Shown: positions 20,493-30,251, counted from the first letter of the stretch. The stretch: DNA of 60,298 nt from Chthoniobacteraceae bacterium (GCA_031409335.1 JANNWY010000179.1:1-60298); one strand, 5' to 3'. Notes: generated by a model not told the origin, from the letters alone. Numbers and translations are program-made.

Positions 20493-22193
20493 TCACGCCA
20501 GCGCGTAGCGCATGGTATCCTCGACATCGCCCGCTTCCGGCCCCGCGTCGGCGATCTGCGGGGCGCTGGCATTCTTAAAGTCGATCCCGGCTAAGCCTGT
20601 GTAGTGGCCAAAGATATCCGTGTTCTGGACGATGCCGCGGAAATGCTCCGCACCCGGACCGATGGCGACCAGTGAAACGTAATCGGCGGTATGGGTGTTA
20701 CCGGTCCAGCCGACTCCCGTGCGATTGGCGATGATTTGGCCGAGTTGGGTCACCACGGAATTCATCTGGTCGTAAAGCGCGGGATATTCTCCCGCCAGCA
20801 CCTTGGTGAAAAGCACCGCGCGACGTTCCGACATCCGGTAGCCTGTGGCTTCCGCGATGATGTCGATCACAGCCTTTGGCTCGACGCGGAAGGCACTCGC
20901 GGGCTTCACCGCCGCCGTGAACTTGGTCTTATCGTCTTCCTTCTCATCCTTCTCATCCTTCCCATCCTTCTCATCGTCGTCCTCCTTCTCATTCTCCGGC
21001 TTGTGGTCTGGATCGATCTTCTCCATCGGGTCCGCCACATCGACCTTGTCTTCCGGATCGGTCGGATACGGCGGCACCTTCATTTTGGTTCCCGCTCGCT
21101 CGAGGCGTTTCAACAGCCGCGGGAAGGAAATCTTGATGTCAGCGAGTGTCGCAAACTTCTGCGAACTGGTGCGGTAGCCACCGCCCATTCCGTTGAGTCC
21201 GAGATTGGAATTGCCGTGATCCGTCGTCATGACGATGAGGGTGTCGGGATGCTTGCGTTGAAATTCGAGGCAAACCTCGATCGCTTCATCGAGCGCGATC
21301 TGATCGAGAATCGCGGCTGCGGCATCCGAGTTGTGAGCCGCATGATCAATGCGGGAGCCTTCGACTTGAAGGATAAAGCGATCGTTCCGCTCCAAGCGGG
21401 CAAGGGCCGCTTGGGTGAGTTCCGCGATTGTCGGCGTGGCCGCGATGAGCTTCGGATCGGCGCGCCGGTCGATGGTGTATGGCAAATGGCCGTCCCCAAA
21501 AGTGCCGAGCAGCTTCGTGTCCAGCGGCGCATTCCGCAGCTCGGTGGCAGTCCTGATCACGGTGTATCCCGCTTTCGCAAAATCGGTCCGCAGATCGCGC
21601 TTGTCCTTTCGCTTGTTTGGCGAAAAAAACTTGCTCCCGCCGCCAAGCAGCACATCGACTTTTCGATCGAGATACTGCGCCGCGATGCCATCCGAATTGC
21701 CGCGCGACTTGATCGCGATGGCAAAGCCGGCGGGCGTGGCGTGGGTGATTTCCGCAGTGGTGACGAGCCCCGTGGCCCAGCCTTTGTCGGCGAGGAGCGA
21801 ATAGATCGGCGTGAGCAGTTTGCCATCGGGCAGAATGTTGAGTGCGCCATTCACCACACGCGATCCGCTGCCCCACGCGGATGCGGCGGCCGAACTGTCG
21901 GTGACCAGCGAGTTCAGCGAACGCATATTCATCAGCGCCTGATGCGCGGACGGGTTGGCCAGCAATTGCGTCCACGCGAGCGGGCGCTTGCGGGTGAGTT
22001 CGGAAAAAATATTCGCGCAGGTCAGCGTCCCCATGCTCATGCCATCGCTCACGATGTGGATGATTCGATTTGGCTTCTGGCCGGGAGTGTGGATGAGCTG
22101 CTCGGCGGAACGCGCGATGTGCGGCGCGGCAAAGGTGCCAGTGGCCGCGGCAGCGAGCCCGGAGCGGGAAAGAAAGGAACGGCGGGAGATCAT
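20493..22193 (-). CDS. Alkaline phosphatase (PhoA family), Tat-exported
   Basis: SRRSFL signal; SDGM, VTDSSAAAS, HATPA, VEGSRIDHAAH, TTDHGN, HTADYV. Confidence 0.9.
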   Translation of the reverse strand: MISRRSFLSRSGLAAAATGTFAAPHIARSAEQLIHTPGQKPNRIIHIVSDGMSMGTLTCANIFSELTRKRPLAWTQLLANPSAHQALMNMRSLNSLVTDSSAAASAWGSGSRVVNGALNILPDGKLLTPIYSLLADKGWATGLVTTAEITHATPAGFAIAIKSRGNSDGIAAQYLDRKVDVLLGGGSKFFSPNKRKDKRDLRTDFAKAGYTVIRTATELRNAPLDTKLLGTFGDGHLPYTIDRRADPKLIAATPTIAELTQAALARLERNDRFILQVEGSRIDHAAHNSDAAAAILDQIALDEAIEVCLEFQRKHPDTLIVMTTDHGNSNLGLNGMGGGYRTSSQKFATLADIKISFPRLLKRLERAGTKMKVPPYPTDPEDKVDVADPMEKIDPDHKPENEKEDDDEKDGKDEKDEKEDDKTKFTAAVKPASAFRVEPKAVIDIIAEATGYRMSERRAVLFTKVLAGEYPALYDQMNSVVTQLGQIIANRTGVGWTGNTHTADYVSLVAIGPGAEHFRGIVQNTDIFGHYTGLAGIDFKNASAPQIADAGPEAGDVEDTMRYALA

Positions 22194-22296
22194 AAATTAG
22201 GGCGTGGTGTTAATCCTCGACCGCCCGAGATGCAAGTTGCCGCCAATCAACCGCGTTGACAGCGCACCGCCCGCCGCCACAGTCCCGCGCGTTTCC

Positions 22297-22671
22297 ATGC
22301 CTGACTTCATCCGCGTCGAACAACTCGAACTCCATGCGCAAATCGGCGTGCCGGAAGATGAGCGCGCGACACCGCAACGCCTCGCCTTGAACCTCACCAT
22401 CGAGCCGGCCAATTCCTTTCGGGAACTCGACGATCGCATCGAAAACACCGTCGATTATTTCGTGGTCGCGCGGACGGTGCAGGGGCTTGCCGCCACGCGA
22501 CCGCGCCGTTTGCTGGAAACGCTCGCGGAGGAAATCGCGCAGGAGGTGCTCGCGAAATTTCCGGTGCGCGCCGTCGAGGTGGAACTGCGCAAGTTCATCC
22601 TGCCGGACACCGCGTTCGTCGCCGTGCGATTGCGCCGCGAACGCGAGTCCTCGCGCGACATTGCCGATTGA
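22297..22671 (+). CDS. folB: Dihydroneopterin aldolase
   Basis: IGVPEDERATPQRL, TVDY, LLETLAEEIA, LRK motifs. Confidence 0.9.
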   Translation: MPDFIRVEQLELHAQIGVPEDERATPQRLALNLTIEPANSFRELDDRIENTVDYFVVARTVQGLAATRPRRLLETLAEEIAQEVLAKFPVRAVEVELRKFILPDTAFVAVRLRRERESSRDIAD

Positions 22672-22710
22672 ACGTCCCGAACGGTCGGATGTCTGAAATG
22701 CCGACCGACC

Positions 22711-23061
22711 ATGTCAACGACTCACTACCTGATGGCAATCATCCTGCCGATGCTGCTTGGCCTTTGGGCGCAGTGGCGCGTGACGAACGCCTTTGGAAAA
22801 TTTTCGCCAATCCGCGCGACATCCAATATCTCCGGCGCTGATTCCGCGCGTCGGGTGCTCACCGGCGCGCAATTTCAGGATGTCGGGGTCGTCGAAATCG
22901 ACGCCATGCCCGGCGATCACCACGACCCGTCGCACCCGCGACTATGCCTCTCCAGCGCGGTGTATCACGAGCCGCCGATCGCGGCGCTCGGGATCGCCGC
23001 GCATGAGGCTGGCCACGCGATCCAAGACTACCTCCGCATGATGTCGCGCGATCGCAACTGA
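22711..23061 (+). pseudogene. YugP-like zinc metallopeptidase with a large internal deletion
   Basis: DHHDP..RLCLS, AAHEAGHAIQ followed almost at once by the C-terminus; 116 aa, roughly half the usual length. Confidence 0.7.
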
Positions 23062-23211
23062 TCCGACCCACCCTTTTTCCACCAACCCAACCACCCAGTG
23101 AAACCTCCCGAATTCCTCACAGGCAGACTTGCCGCAGGCAGCATCGCGCTGCCATCGCCGGTCGAAACCGCTTTCTCAATCACCGCCCGCCCTGTTACGA
23201 AGCCGCGGACG

Positions 23212-23796
23212 ATGCAGCAAGACGAGAGCCGCCAGCAAGATGATGAATTGATCGCCCGCGCCCAAACAGGCGAAGCATCGGCGTTCGACGTTCTCATCGT
23301 CAAATACAGCCAGCGGCTCTACGGCCTCGTCTATAACATGACGTCGAACCACGAGGATACGAACGACTTGATGCAGGACATCTGGGCGAAGGCGTATCGC
23401 TCGATCCCCGGTTTCCGCGGGAAATCATCGTTCTACACATGGATTCATTCCATCGGTGTGAACATGACGATCAACTTCCTGAAAAAGCGCAGCCGCCGCT
23501 ACCACCTGTCGCTCGACGACTTGGACTCGAACCTTCAGAACGACAAGGAATTCATCGAACTCACCGCGAGCAGCACGCCAGTGCGCGAGGCCGATCTCGG
23601 CGAGCTTCAGAAAAGATTGAACGAGGCAATGCAGAAGCTGTCGGAGGACCACCGCGCCGCCGTGACGATGTTTGACATTCAAGGCATGCCACACGCAGAA
23701 ATCGCAAAGATCCTCGGAATCTCCGAGGGAACCGTCCGCTCGCGCCTCTTCTACGCCCACCGGCAACTGCAAAATTTTCTGTCCGAATTTCATTAA
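23212..23796 (+). CDS. ECF RNA polymerase sigma factor (RpoE-like)
   Basis: DLMQDIWAKAY, FRGKSSFYTW, EIAKILGISEGTVRSRLFYA. Confidence 0.9.
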   Translation: MQQDESRQQDDELIARAQTGEASAFDVLIVKYSQRLYGLVYNMTSNHEDTNDLMQDIWAKAYRSIPGFRGKSSFYTWIHSIGVNMTINFLKKRSRRYHLSLDDLDSNLQNDKEFIELTASSTPVREADLGELQKRLNEAMQKLSEDHRAAVTMFDIQGMPHAEIAKILGISEGTVRSRLFYAHRQLQNFLSEFH

Positions 23797-23811
23797 AACG
23801 CCACGCCCTGC

Positions 23812-24291
23812 ATGACTGAAGAACAACTCACCGCCCTGCTCCGCATCAAACGTTTCGAGCAACCACCGCCGCAGTATTTCGACCGGCTCCTCGAAAGTGT
23901 TCATCGTCGGCAGCGCGAAGAATTGTTGCAGCGGCCGCTCTGGCGGATCGCCGTCGAGCGGGTCCAGACTTTCTTCAGCGAACACAGCATGGGCGGTGTT
24001 TCTTACGCGGGTGCGATGGCTGCCGCGCTCGTCGTCGGCGCGGGTGCGATCGCGATGATGACGCCGGTTGAAACGGAAAACTCCACGATCGCCGTCGCTC
24101 CCACGCCGAAGCAGGCGAAGCCCGGAAGTGTCCTCACGCTTCAGTCCCGCCTGGCTTCCACTCCGGCCCTCCCCGTCACGTTTGATTCTCAGCTTTCTCA
24201 ACCAACCCATTCGCAGTCCGGCAAATTCCGCCGTTACATCATCGACGCCCGTCCGGCGAGCTATGATCCGCAGGGTTCGGTCCAGTTTTAA
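23812..24291 (+). CDS. Putative single-pass anti-sigma factor
   Basis: Directly follows the ECF gene; LLRIKRFEQPPPQYF N-domain and one TM segment. Confidence 0.65.
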   Translation: MTEEQLTALLRIKRFEQPPPQYFDRLLESVHRRQREELLQRPLWRIAVERVQTFFSEHSMGGVSYAGAMAAALVVGAGAIAMMTPVETENSTIAVAPTPKQAKPGSVLTLQSRLASTPALPVTFDSQLSQPTHSQSGKFRRYIIDARPASYDPQGSVQF

Positions 24292-24298
24292 CCGGCGG

Positions 24299-25381
24299 AT
24301 GCGCCGCGCATTGAATCGGCCCGCGCACCGCCTTGCGCTGGGCTTGGGTTGCGCATTACTAGCCGCGCCGGTGCTGATCGCGCAGGAGGGCGCTGTTGCG
24401 GTGCCGTCCGTCGCCGAAGCGATCTCCCAAGAAGTCCGCGCCGTCTTTGAGAAATGCCGGAAGGCGGTCGTGAAAATCGAAGCGACGGACAATCACGGCG
24501 CGCTGTCTGGAACCGGATTTTTCATCGACCCAAACGGAACCGTCCTCACCTCCTACACCGTCGGCGGCGAATCGCGTGACATCCTGGTTTCCTGCAACGG
24601 AAAACGCCTGCCCGCGCGCAGGCTCGTGTGCGATCCGCGCAGTGGGATTGCCATTTTGAAAGTCGATGCCGAGACCCCTTTTGTGACGCTTGGGAAATCG
24701 CGCGAACTCGGAATTGCATCCCCGGTCGTCGCCGTCGGCTTCCCGATGGATCTGCCGGTTTCGCCGAGTTTTGGCACCATCGCCGGCTTCGACATCAAAT
24801 ATGGCGGGCGTTACTTCGCCACCATGCACATCCGCGCAAATGTGCCCGTGCAGCGTGGCCAGGGCGGCGCGCCGCTGCTCAATTTGCAAGGAGAAGTCGT
24901 CGGGATTTTGATCAGCAGTCTCGACGCGGGCAGCGCCGCATTCGCGCTGCCGATCGAGGCCGCTGACAAAGTGCGAAAGGATTTCATCCGCTTTGGCGAA
25001 GTCCGTCCGGGGTGGCTCGGAGTCGGTGTGCATCCCGCCATCGCCGCAGTCTCCGGCGCCACCGCGCGGATCGATCAGGTTTTTGCCGATGCCCCGGGAA
25101 TCAAGGCCGGGCTTGCAAAGGACGACATCATCCTCGAAGTCGGTGACCGGAAAATCCGCTCCACCGACGACGTGCGCGACGCTTCTTTTTTCACCACCGC
25201 CGACGATGAACTCACCGTGAAAGTCTGGCGCAACGGAGCCGAACTCGCGCTCACCGTCACGCCCGCGGATCATCCGACCAGCGCCCATGCATCCGTCCGC
25301 GAAATGCCGCGCCTCCAAGCCATCCCGACTTCCACCGAGCGCGTACTGCCAACGCCCGCGCCTTTCAGCGACGGACGTTAG
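24299..25381 (+). CDS. HtrA/DegP-like S1C protease-fold + PDZ protein with substituted catalytic triad
   Basis: SGTGFFID, VVAVGFP, GEVVGI, GWLGV PDZ motif; triad positions read TSYT, DPRSG and GQGG. Confidence 0.85.
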   Translation: MRRALNRPAHRLALGLGCALLAAPVLIAQEGAVAVPSVAEAISQEVRAVFEKCRKAVVKIEATDNHGALSGTGFFIDPNGTVLTSYTVGGESRDILVSCNGKRLPARRLVCDPRSGIAILKVDAETPFVTLGKSRELGIASPVVAVGFPMDLPVSPSFGTIAGFDIKYGGRYFATMHIRANVPVQRGQGGAPLLNLQGEVVGILISSLDAGSAAFALPIEAADKVRKDFIRFGEVRPGWLGVGVHPAIAAVSGATARIDQVFADAPGIKAGLAKDDIILEVGDRKIRSTDDVRDASFFTTADDELTVKVWRNGAELALTVTPADHPTSAHASVREMPRLQAIPTSTERVLPTPAPFSDGR

Positions 25382-25395
25382 CAGAGCACCCGCGC

Positions 25396-26025
25396 TCACT
25401 CGTCGCGCATCAGCACGAGTCGCGCATCATATTCGCCGAACAGCCGCAGCGAAAGCGTTCCCGAATCTTCATCGTTTTTCGTGCCTGAAACTTCGATCGG
25501 AAACTCCTGTTTCGACGGCACCCGTTTGTTGATCGGCACGCGAATCAGCGGCTCCTTGTCCTTCGCGTAAACCACCAATTCGAGTTCACCGGAAGCCGAT
25601 TTCGTCGCACCGAGGAAATACAAACCCACCTCGCGCTCCTTCTCGCCATCGCCCACCGTGATGTGGCGGATTTTGTCCGCCGCAGTCGGCTTTCCATCCT
25701 TTGCCACGCCGAGCTTCAAAGTCCAGAGCTGGCCCAGCGGTGTGATCGCCGAGTTCGCCGCCGCGAGCAGCTCGACAGTCAATTTGCGATCCGGCAGCAC
25801 GAGCAATCCCCTGCCCTCCGTCTTGATTCCCTGCGGCTTTTCCAAATCGGAATCGACCTCGAACGGCGCATCCGAAATACGTCCCGCGGCCTCCGTCAGT
25901 TTGCGCGCCGCCTTCCGCGCCTCCTCGATCTCGATCGACTCCTGCGCATGCAGCGCCGGCGAAAATGCAATGAGGGCCGCGAGGCCGATGAAGGTTTTTG
26001 TGAGGGTGAATGATGTGGTGTTCAT
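25396..26025 (-). CDS. Hypothetical secreted protein
   Basis: Signal peptide (FIGLAALIAFSPALHAQ); last gene of the ECF locus. Confidence 0.7.
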   Translation of the reverse strand: MNTTSFTLTKTFIGLAALIAFSPALHAQESIEIEEARKAARKLTEAAGRISDAPFEVDSDLEKPQGIKTEGRGLLVLPDRKLTVELLAAANSAITPLGQLWTLKLGVAKDGKPTAADKIRHITVGDGEKEREVGLYFLGATKSASGELELVVYAKDKEPLIRVPINKRVPSKQEFPIEVSGTKNDEDSGTLSLRLFGEYDARLVLMRDE

Positions 26026-26032
26026 GCCGCTG

Positions 26033-26060
26033 ATGACGACACCGCGTCGCGCGCGGTTAC
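26033..26060 (-). promoter_or_regulatory. ECF-type promoter GTAACC-N16-CGTCAT, probably leaderless
   Basis: -10 element ends 7 nt before ATG 26025; same motif precedes the ECF gene. Confidence 0.6.
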
Positions 26061-26455
26061 GGTTTTTTGCGCGGTTCGACATACAGCATCTCCAGCGGTG
26101 CCGCCTTCCGCTCGCTGCGCAGTTTCAAAAGTTCCGCCGCCTGCTCTGGCGTCAGTTCCTTTTCAATCTGCGCCACCATCCGTTCCAGGATCGCATTCGT
26201 CTTCACCATCGTCTCGTCACGCGTCGCCACGAGATCGACGACGTTCGCATCCATCACCGCCTGCACTTTTCCCAACTGCGCGGGCGTGAGCTTCAAGCGA
26301 CCTTCCAACACCCGCATCGCCGTCACATTCCACGCCTCCGGATTGCTGCGCCGGCGCGCTTTTTCCTTCGCGATCCGATAGCCCACGATGCCCCCACCGT
26401 ATCCGCTCAGCAACGCGATCATCACGAGCGCCATGATGATTTTCCAATACTTCAT
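26057..26455 (-). CDS. Membrane-anchored Spy/CpxP-like helical protein
   Basis: TM helix, then two LTPxQ motifs (LKLTPAQ, ELTPEQ). Confidence 0.65.
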   Translation of the reverse strand: MKYWKIIMALVMIALLSGYGGGIVGYRIAKEKARRRSNPEAWNVTAMRVLEGRLKLTPAQLGKVQAVMDANVVDLVATRDETMVKTNAILERMVAQIEKELTPEQAAELLKLRSERKAAPLEMLYVEPRKKP

Positions 26456-26733
26456 CACAGCGCCCAAAAAAGTTCGTCCACCGTGCTCTCGATCTCAGGG
26501 CGAAAACCATCGGCGTCATTGAGAGTCAGCGCATTCAGCGAAGCGACCACCGCCACCACGATCGCCAGTCCCGTGCAAAAACGCAGCGCCAGCCGCTGCC
26601 ACACCGTCGCCAGCGAAGGCTGCGCGCGCCACTTCGCCACCACGCGCGTCGCGAAGCCATACGGCGCCGTGTCGGCTGCGATCGGTTCGACCGCATCGGC
26701 GGCGATTTTCCATCTGCGTTCAAATTCATTCAT
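26455..26733 (-). CDS. Putative anti-sigma factor
   Basis: APYGFATRVVA motif plus TM helix; overlaps the ECF stop. Confidence 0.7.
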   Translation of the reverse strand: MNEFERRWKIAADAVEPIAADTAPYGFATRVVAKWRAQPSLATVWQRLALRFCTGLAIVVAVVASLNALTLNDADGFRPEIESTVDELFWAL

Positions 26734-27323
26734 AGCTCGGAGTCCTTGTACATTTGCAGTGCATGTTTGCGCAGCTTCTGTCGCGCGCGAAAGGCTCGCA
26801 CCTTCACCGCCGACTGCCCCCAGCCCGTCACCGCGCTGATCTCCGCCACCGGCCTTTCCTCCAAGTCGAGCAGCGTCAGCACCAGCCGGTCATCCGGCGC
26901 GAGAAAACTCAGGAGCCGCTCCACCGCCTCGCGCCCGCCCATCGTATCCACCGGCGTCGGTGCGGGCACTTCACCCACGAAAAACTCCACCCACTCGCGC
27001 TCCCCATCGCCCAAATCCGCCCAGCGCCACTCTGGCCGGCGCATCTCCGCGCGCAGCGCATCCAGGCAAGTGGTCACCGCCACGCGCGAAACCCAATGCT
27101 CGAACGGCACTCCATCGCGCCCTTCGTACTGCTCCAGCCGCGTGAACATTTTCATAAAAACCTCCTGCGCCAAATCCTCCTCCGCCACCCGCCGCGGCCG
27201 ATGCGCGCGCACGAGCTTGATGACGAGCGGATACAAATGCTCGACGAGTTCACGCGCCGCATCATCGTCGCCCTCGCGGACGCGCGCGAGACACGCAGGC
27301 ATCGCGAAAGTTTCATGCGGCAT
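26730..27323 (-). CDS. ECF RNA polymerase sigma factor
   Basis: EDLAQEVF, FEHWVSRVAVTTCLD, VKVRAFRARQKL. Confidence 0.9.
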   Translation of the reverse strand: MPHETFAMPACLARVREGDDDAARELVEHLYPLVIKLVRAHRPRRVAEEDLAQEVFMKMFTRLEQYEGRDGVPFEHWVSRVAVTTCLDALRAEMRRPEWRWADLGDGEREWVEFFVGEVPAPTPVDTMGGREAVERLLSFLAPDDRLVLTLLDLEERPVAEISAVTGWGQSAVKVRAFRARQKLRKHALQMYKDSEL

Positions 27324-27343
27324 GAAGACATTGCATCGCTTTG

Positions 27344-27371
27344 ATAACGCCGCGCGCAAGTCGGCGGTTAC
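27344..27371 (-). promoter_or_regulatory. ECF-type autoregulatory promoter GTAACC-N16-CGTTAT
   Basis: Bipartite AAC/CGT motif directly upstream of the ECF gene. Confidence 0.6.
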
Positions 27372-27391
27372 GCGTTTTTACTCGCAGCCTT

Positions 27392-29788
27392 TCACGGCTC
27401 CATGGCCGGGACGGATTGCCGGTAGTGCAGGTTCAGGCTGACTGGTCCGGGTGGGGCGAGGTCTTTGGTGAGGTGGGTTTGCGGGTGGGATTTCAGGATG
27501 CGTCCGTAGTCGCCGAAGCGCGTCAGGTCGGGCGCGGTTTTTTGCGCGGTGAGGCCGCTGGCGATGACTTGCGTTTCAAATCCGCCGGGCAAGGCGACGA
27601 CCCATTCGAGCGTGCCGACGGTTTGGAAAACCTCCGGCAGCGGCAGCTCGACCGCGCCGATGAAACCGAGCGGGACGGGCGGATAGACGAGCCGCACGGA
27701 AACGCGATACGCGGCCTGGCCGACCTCGCGCGCGGGGAGGCGGAGCCGGCAAAGTTGCTCCTCGATCGCGGGCGCGGTGGCTTCGACGCCGTTGATCGAG
27801 ACGGAGATGAAACGCGCTTTTGGCGGAAGGCGCAGGCGGAGTTCTTCGGTTTGAAACGCCGGGATTTCGAACTCGGCGAAGTGGGTGCAACTGCTGTCGG
27901 AATTGATGACGGTCAGGTGCTGCGCGCGGGTGATGCCGATGCCGTAAAATTCTTTGCTAGCCTCGGGCGTGGGCGCCGCGCCTTCCTGCTCGCGCCATTC
28001 CACGGTCAGCAGTTCTTCACCGGCCACACCGATTTCATAGATGGTCTGTTTTTCGCGCGTGGTCTTTGTCCACAGCGAACCGGTCACGTTGTCGAGATCG
28101 GCGCGCATGGATTCGATCCGCACATTTCCCGATGGCCCGATGAGCATCGGAAACTGCGCGCGCTTCCGGCCTTCGTGAGTTTCGATCGCGACGCGATAGG
28201 AAAATTGCAGCGTGCCGGAGCCGGGACGCAGCGCCAGCAGCGCGAGTGCGTTTTTCAACAAGCCGAATCGTGCAAGGTCGGGTGTCGTCGATTCGATCTT
28301 TCGCGCCTGAAGATGCAGCGCTTGGGAAAACAATGGGACGAGCGCCTCGCCGTCGCGCAACACTTGGAACGGCACTTTCACGTCCACGCAAAAGAACGCG
28401 GGCTCGTGGACGATCTGATATTCCGCCGGATCGAATGACAGCGCGGGCTGCGTGGGAATGCGCTCGGCGTCGGGTGATTTCGTGACGAGCTGGCCGGGGA
28501 CGATCACCTGGACATCGGCGGCGGCGACGGGCCATGCGATGGCAAGCAACGCGACTGCGACCGCGACGACTTTTCGTTTCAGCGCCTGGTTTTGCAGATT
28601 GATGAGGACGCCGAATGTCACCACGCCCAGGCAGAGCAGCACCATGCCGCGGTTCCATCCGGCGAATGCGGCGAGCGTGGGAAAAACCTGGTAAAGCAGG
28701 AGGAAGACGGCGGCACCGAACAGGCCGGCTTTGGTGCCGAGCAGCAGGCGCGCGTAGTTCACCAGCAGCGCGCCGGGAACGATCTCCGCGATGATGAGCG
28801 CGACGGTGAACGAGAAGCGCGAGCTGAGATAAACCACGAGCGGAAAGTAGAGCGCGTAGCCTGCGGCGATCGTGATCAATTGCAACGCGGTGAGTGGCTG
28901 GCGCGCGAGGATGATGGCGGAGACGGCGAGCAGAAAGAGCAGGCAAATGATGGGACCGATCTCGAGCAATTGCAGCAGCGATCCATAAAGGCTGCGGCTC
29001 TCGACGATGCTCGCGGCGAACGAATCCGGCGCGAGAAAATCCTTTCGCTCCCACACCACGCTCTCGCCGGAATCGGGCAGCGCACCGTCGCCGCTTTCAA
29101 AATGGATCGAAGCGAGATCGCGCCGGTTGAAGGCGACGCGAAGATGTTTCACCGGCTCGGAGTTTTGCCCGGCGATGCGATACGCGACGCCTTTGAGCGA
29201 AGCGGCCTGATAGGAAATTTCGATATTCACCGACCCACGCGCCGGGAGCGTACCGCTCCAAAACCACGCGTCCTTCGCATTCTCCTGAGTCCCCGCCACG
29301 GACGCTTGCAACTTGAGTCCGCCAGCGAGCAAGCCGGTGCCGGACTGATCCTGCGATCGCGGATGCGGGCATTTGAAGAGCACGAAAATCGGCTCGTCGA
29401 ATACATTGGTCAGCACATGCCGCGCGCGGAATTCCCCCGACATGTCGATGACCGTGCGCAAGCCGCGGTAGTCCCGGCGCCCCCGCATTTCAAAAGTGAT
29501 TTCCGACGACTCCGGTTGCGCGGGTTTGATCACCGCCACGTCGTCGCTCAGCTTCCGAATCACCACGCGCGGCGATTCCTGGATCAGCTCGGTCTTCGAC
29601 GAACGCATTGGCTGCCCGACAAATTCCGGGCGCTCCCGCATGAGCATGTGCAGGCCGAGGAAACCGAGGGCGATCGTGATCCAGCTCATCAATCCCGCGC
29701 CGATCAATCCGCCAAGCGAAGGCGGCGCGGCGACGGGTGGTTTGATGGGAGTGGCAATGCCGCCGCGCGGGGATTCTTGGGAAGTCAT
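27392..29788 (-). CDS. Large membrane protein with CreD-like N-terminal half and a C-terminal extracytoplasmic region
   Basis: N-terminal TM, periplasmic beta region, 6-TM block resembling CreD, then an internal signal-like stretch and a soluble domain. Confidence 0.6.
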   Translation of the reverse strand: MTSQESPRGGIATPIKPPVAAPPSLGGLIGAGLMSWITIALGFLGLHMLMRERPEFVGQPMRSSKTELIQESPRVVIRKLSDDVAVIKPAQPESSEITFEMRGRRDYRGLRTVIDMSGEFRARHVLTNVFDEPIFVLFKCPHPRSQDQSGTGLLAGGLKLQASVAGTQENAKDAWFWSGTLPARGSVNIEISYQAASLKGVAYRIAGQNSEPVKHLRVAFNRRDLASIHFESGDGALPDSGESVVWERKDFLAPDSFAASIVESRSLYGSLLQLLEIGPIICLLFLLAVSAIILARQPLTALQLITIAAGYALYFPLVVYLSSRFSFTVALIIAEIVPGALLVNYARLLLGTKAGLFGAAVFLLLYQVFPTLAAFAGWNRGMVLLCLGVVTFGVLINLQNQALKRKVVAVAVALLAIAWPVAAADVQVIVPGQLVTKSPDAERIPTQPALSFDPAEYQIVHEPAFFCVDVKVPFQVLRDGEALVPLFSQALHLQARKIESTTPDLARFGLLKNALALLALRPGSGTLQFSYRVAIETHEGRKRAQFPMLIGPSGNVRIESMRADLDNVTGSLWTKTTREKQTIYEIGVAGEELLTVEWREQEGAAPTPEASKEFYGIGITRAQHLTVINSDSSCTHFAEFEIPAFQTEELRLRLPPKARFISVSINGVEATAPAIEEQLCRLRLPAREVGQAAYRVSVRLVYPPVPLGFIGAVELPLPEVFQTVGTLEWVVALPGGFETQVIASGLTAQKTAPDLTRFGDYGRILKSHPQTHLTKDLAPPGPVSLNLHYRQSVPAMEP

Positions 29789-29903
29789 GGTGTCTGGAGG
29801 TTTGGGAGCGACCCGCGGTTTTCTCTACATCCATCCGGCGCAATCGAAAAGGAGGGGAATTCCCGCGGTGACAACGCGGCGCTCCACTTTTAGCGTCGCG
29901 CGC

Positions 29904-30251
29904 ATGGATTCCAACATCGCCGCCGGTCTCGCGAAAGCGGGCGTCGCTTCCGCCGAGCGGCATCTTTTCATCTGCATCGGGCCGGATTGCTGTGGCTCGG
30001 CGCAGGGCGAGCGGGTGTGGGAATTCGTGAAGCGCCGCGTGCGCGAAAGCGGGCTGCGGGCGATGCGGACGAAGGCGGGATGTTTTCGGATTTGCAGCGG
30101 CGGACCGTGGCTCGTGGTGTATCCCGAGGGCGTCTGGTACGGAGCGGTGGATGAGGCGCGGTTTGAGCGGATCCTCGGCGAACATTTGCTTGGCGGCGCG
30201 CCGGTCGCGGAGTGGGTCGTCGAGCGGAATTCGCTACGCTGCCGCGAGTGA
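29904..30251 (+). CDS. Thioredoxin-like [2Fe-2S] ferredoxin
   Basis: HLFIC...CC, TKAGCFRICSGGPWLVVYPEGVWY. Confidence 0.85.
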   Translation: MDSNIAAGLAKAGVASAERHLFICIGPDCCGSAQGERVWEFVKRRVRESGLRAMRTKAGCFRICSGGPWLVVYPEGVWYGAVDEARFERILGEHLLGGAPVAEWVVERNSLRCRE

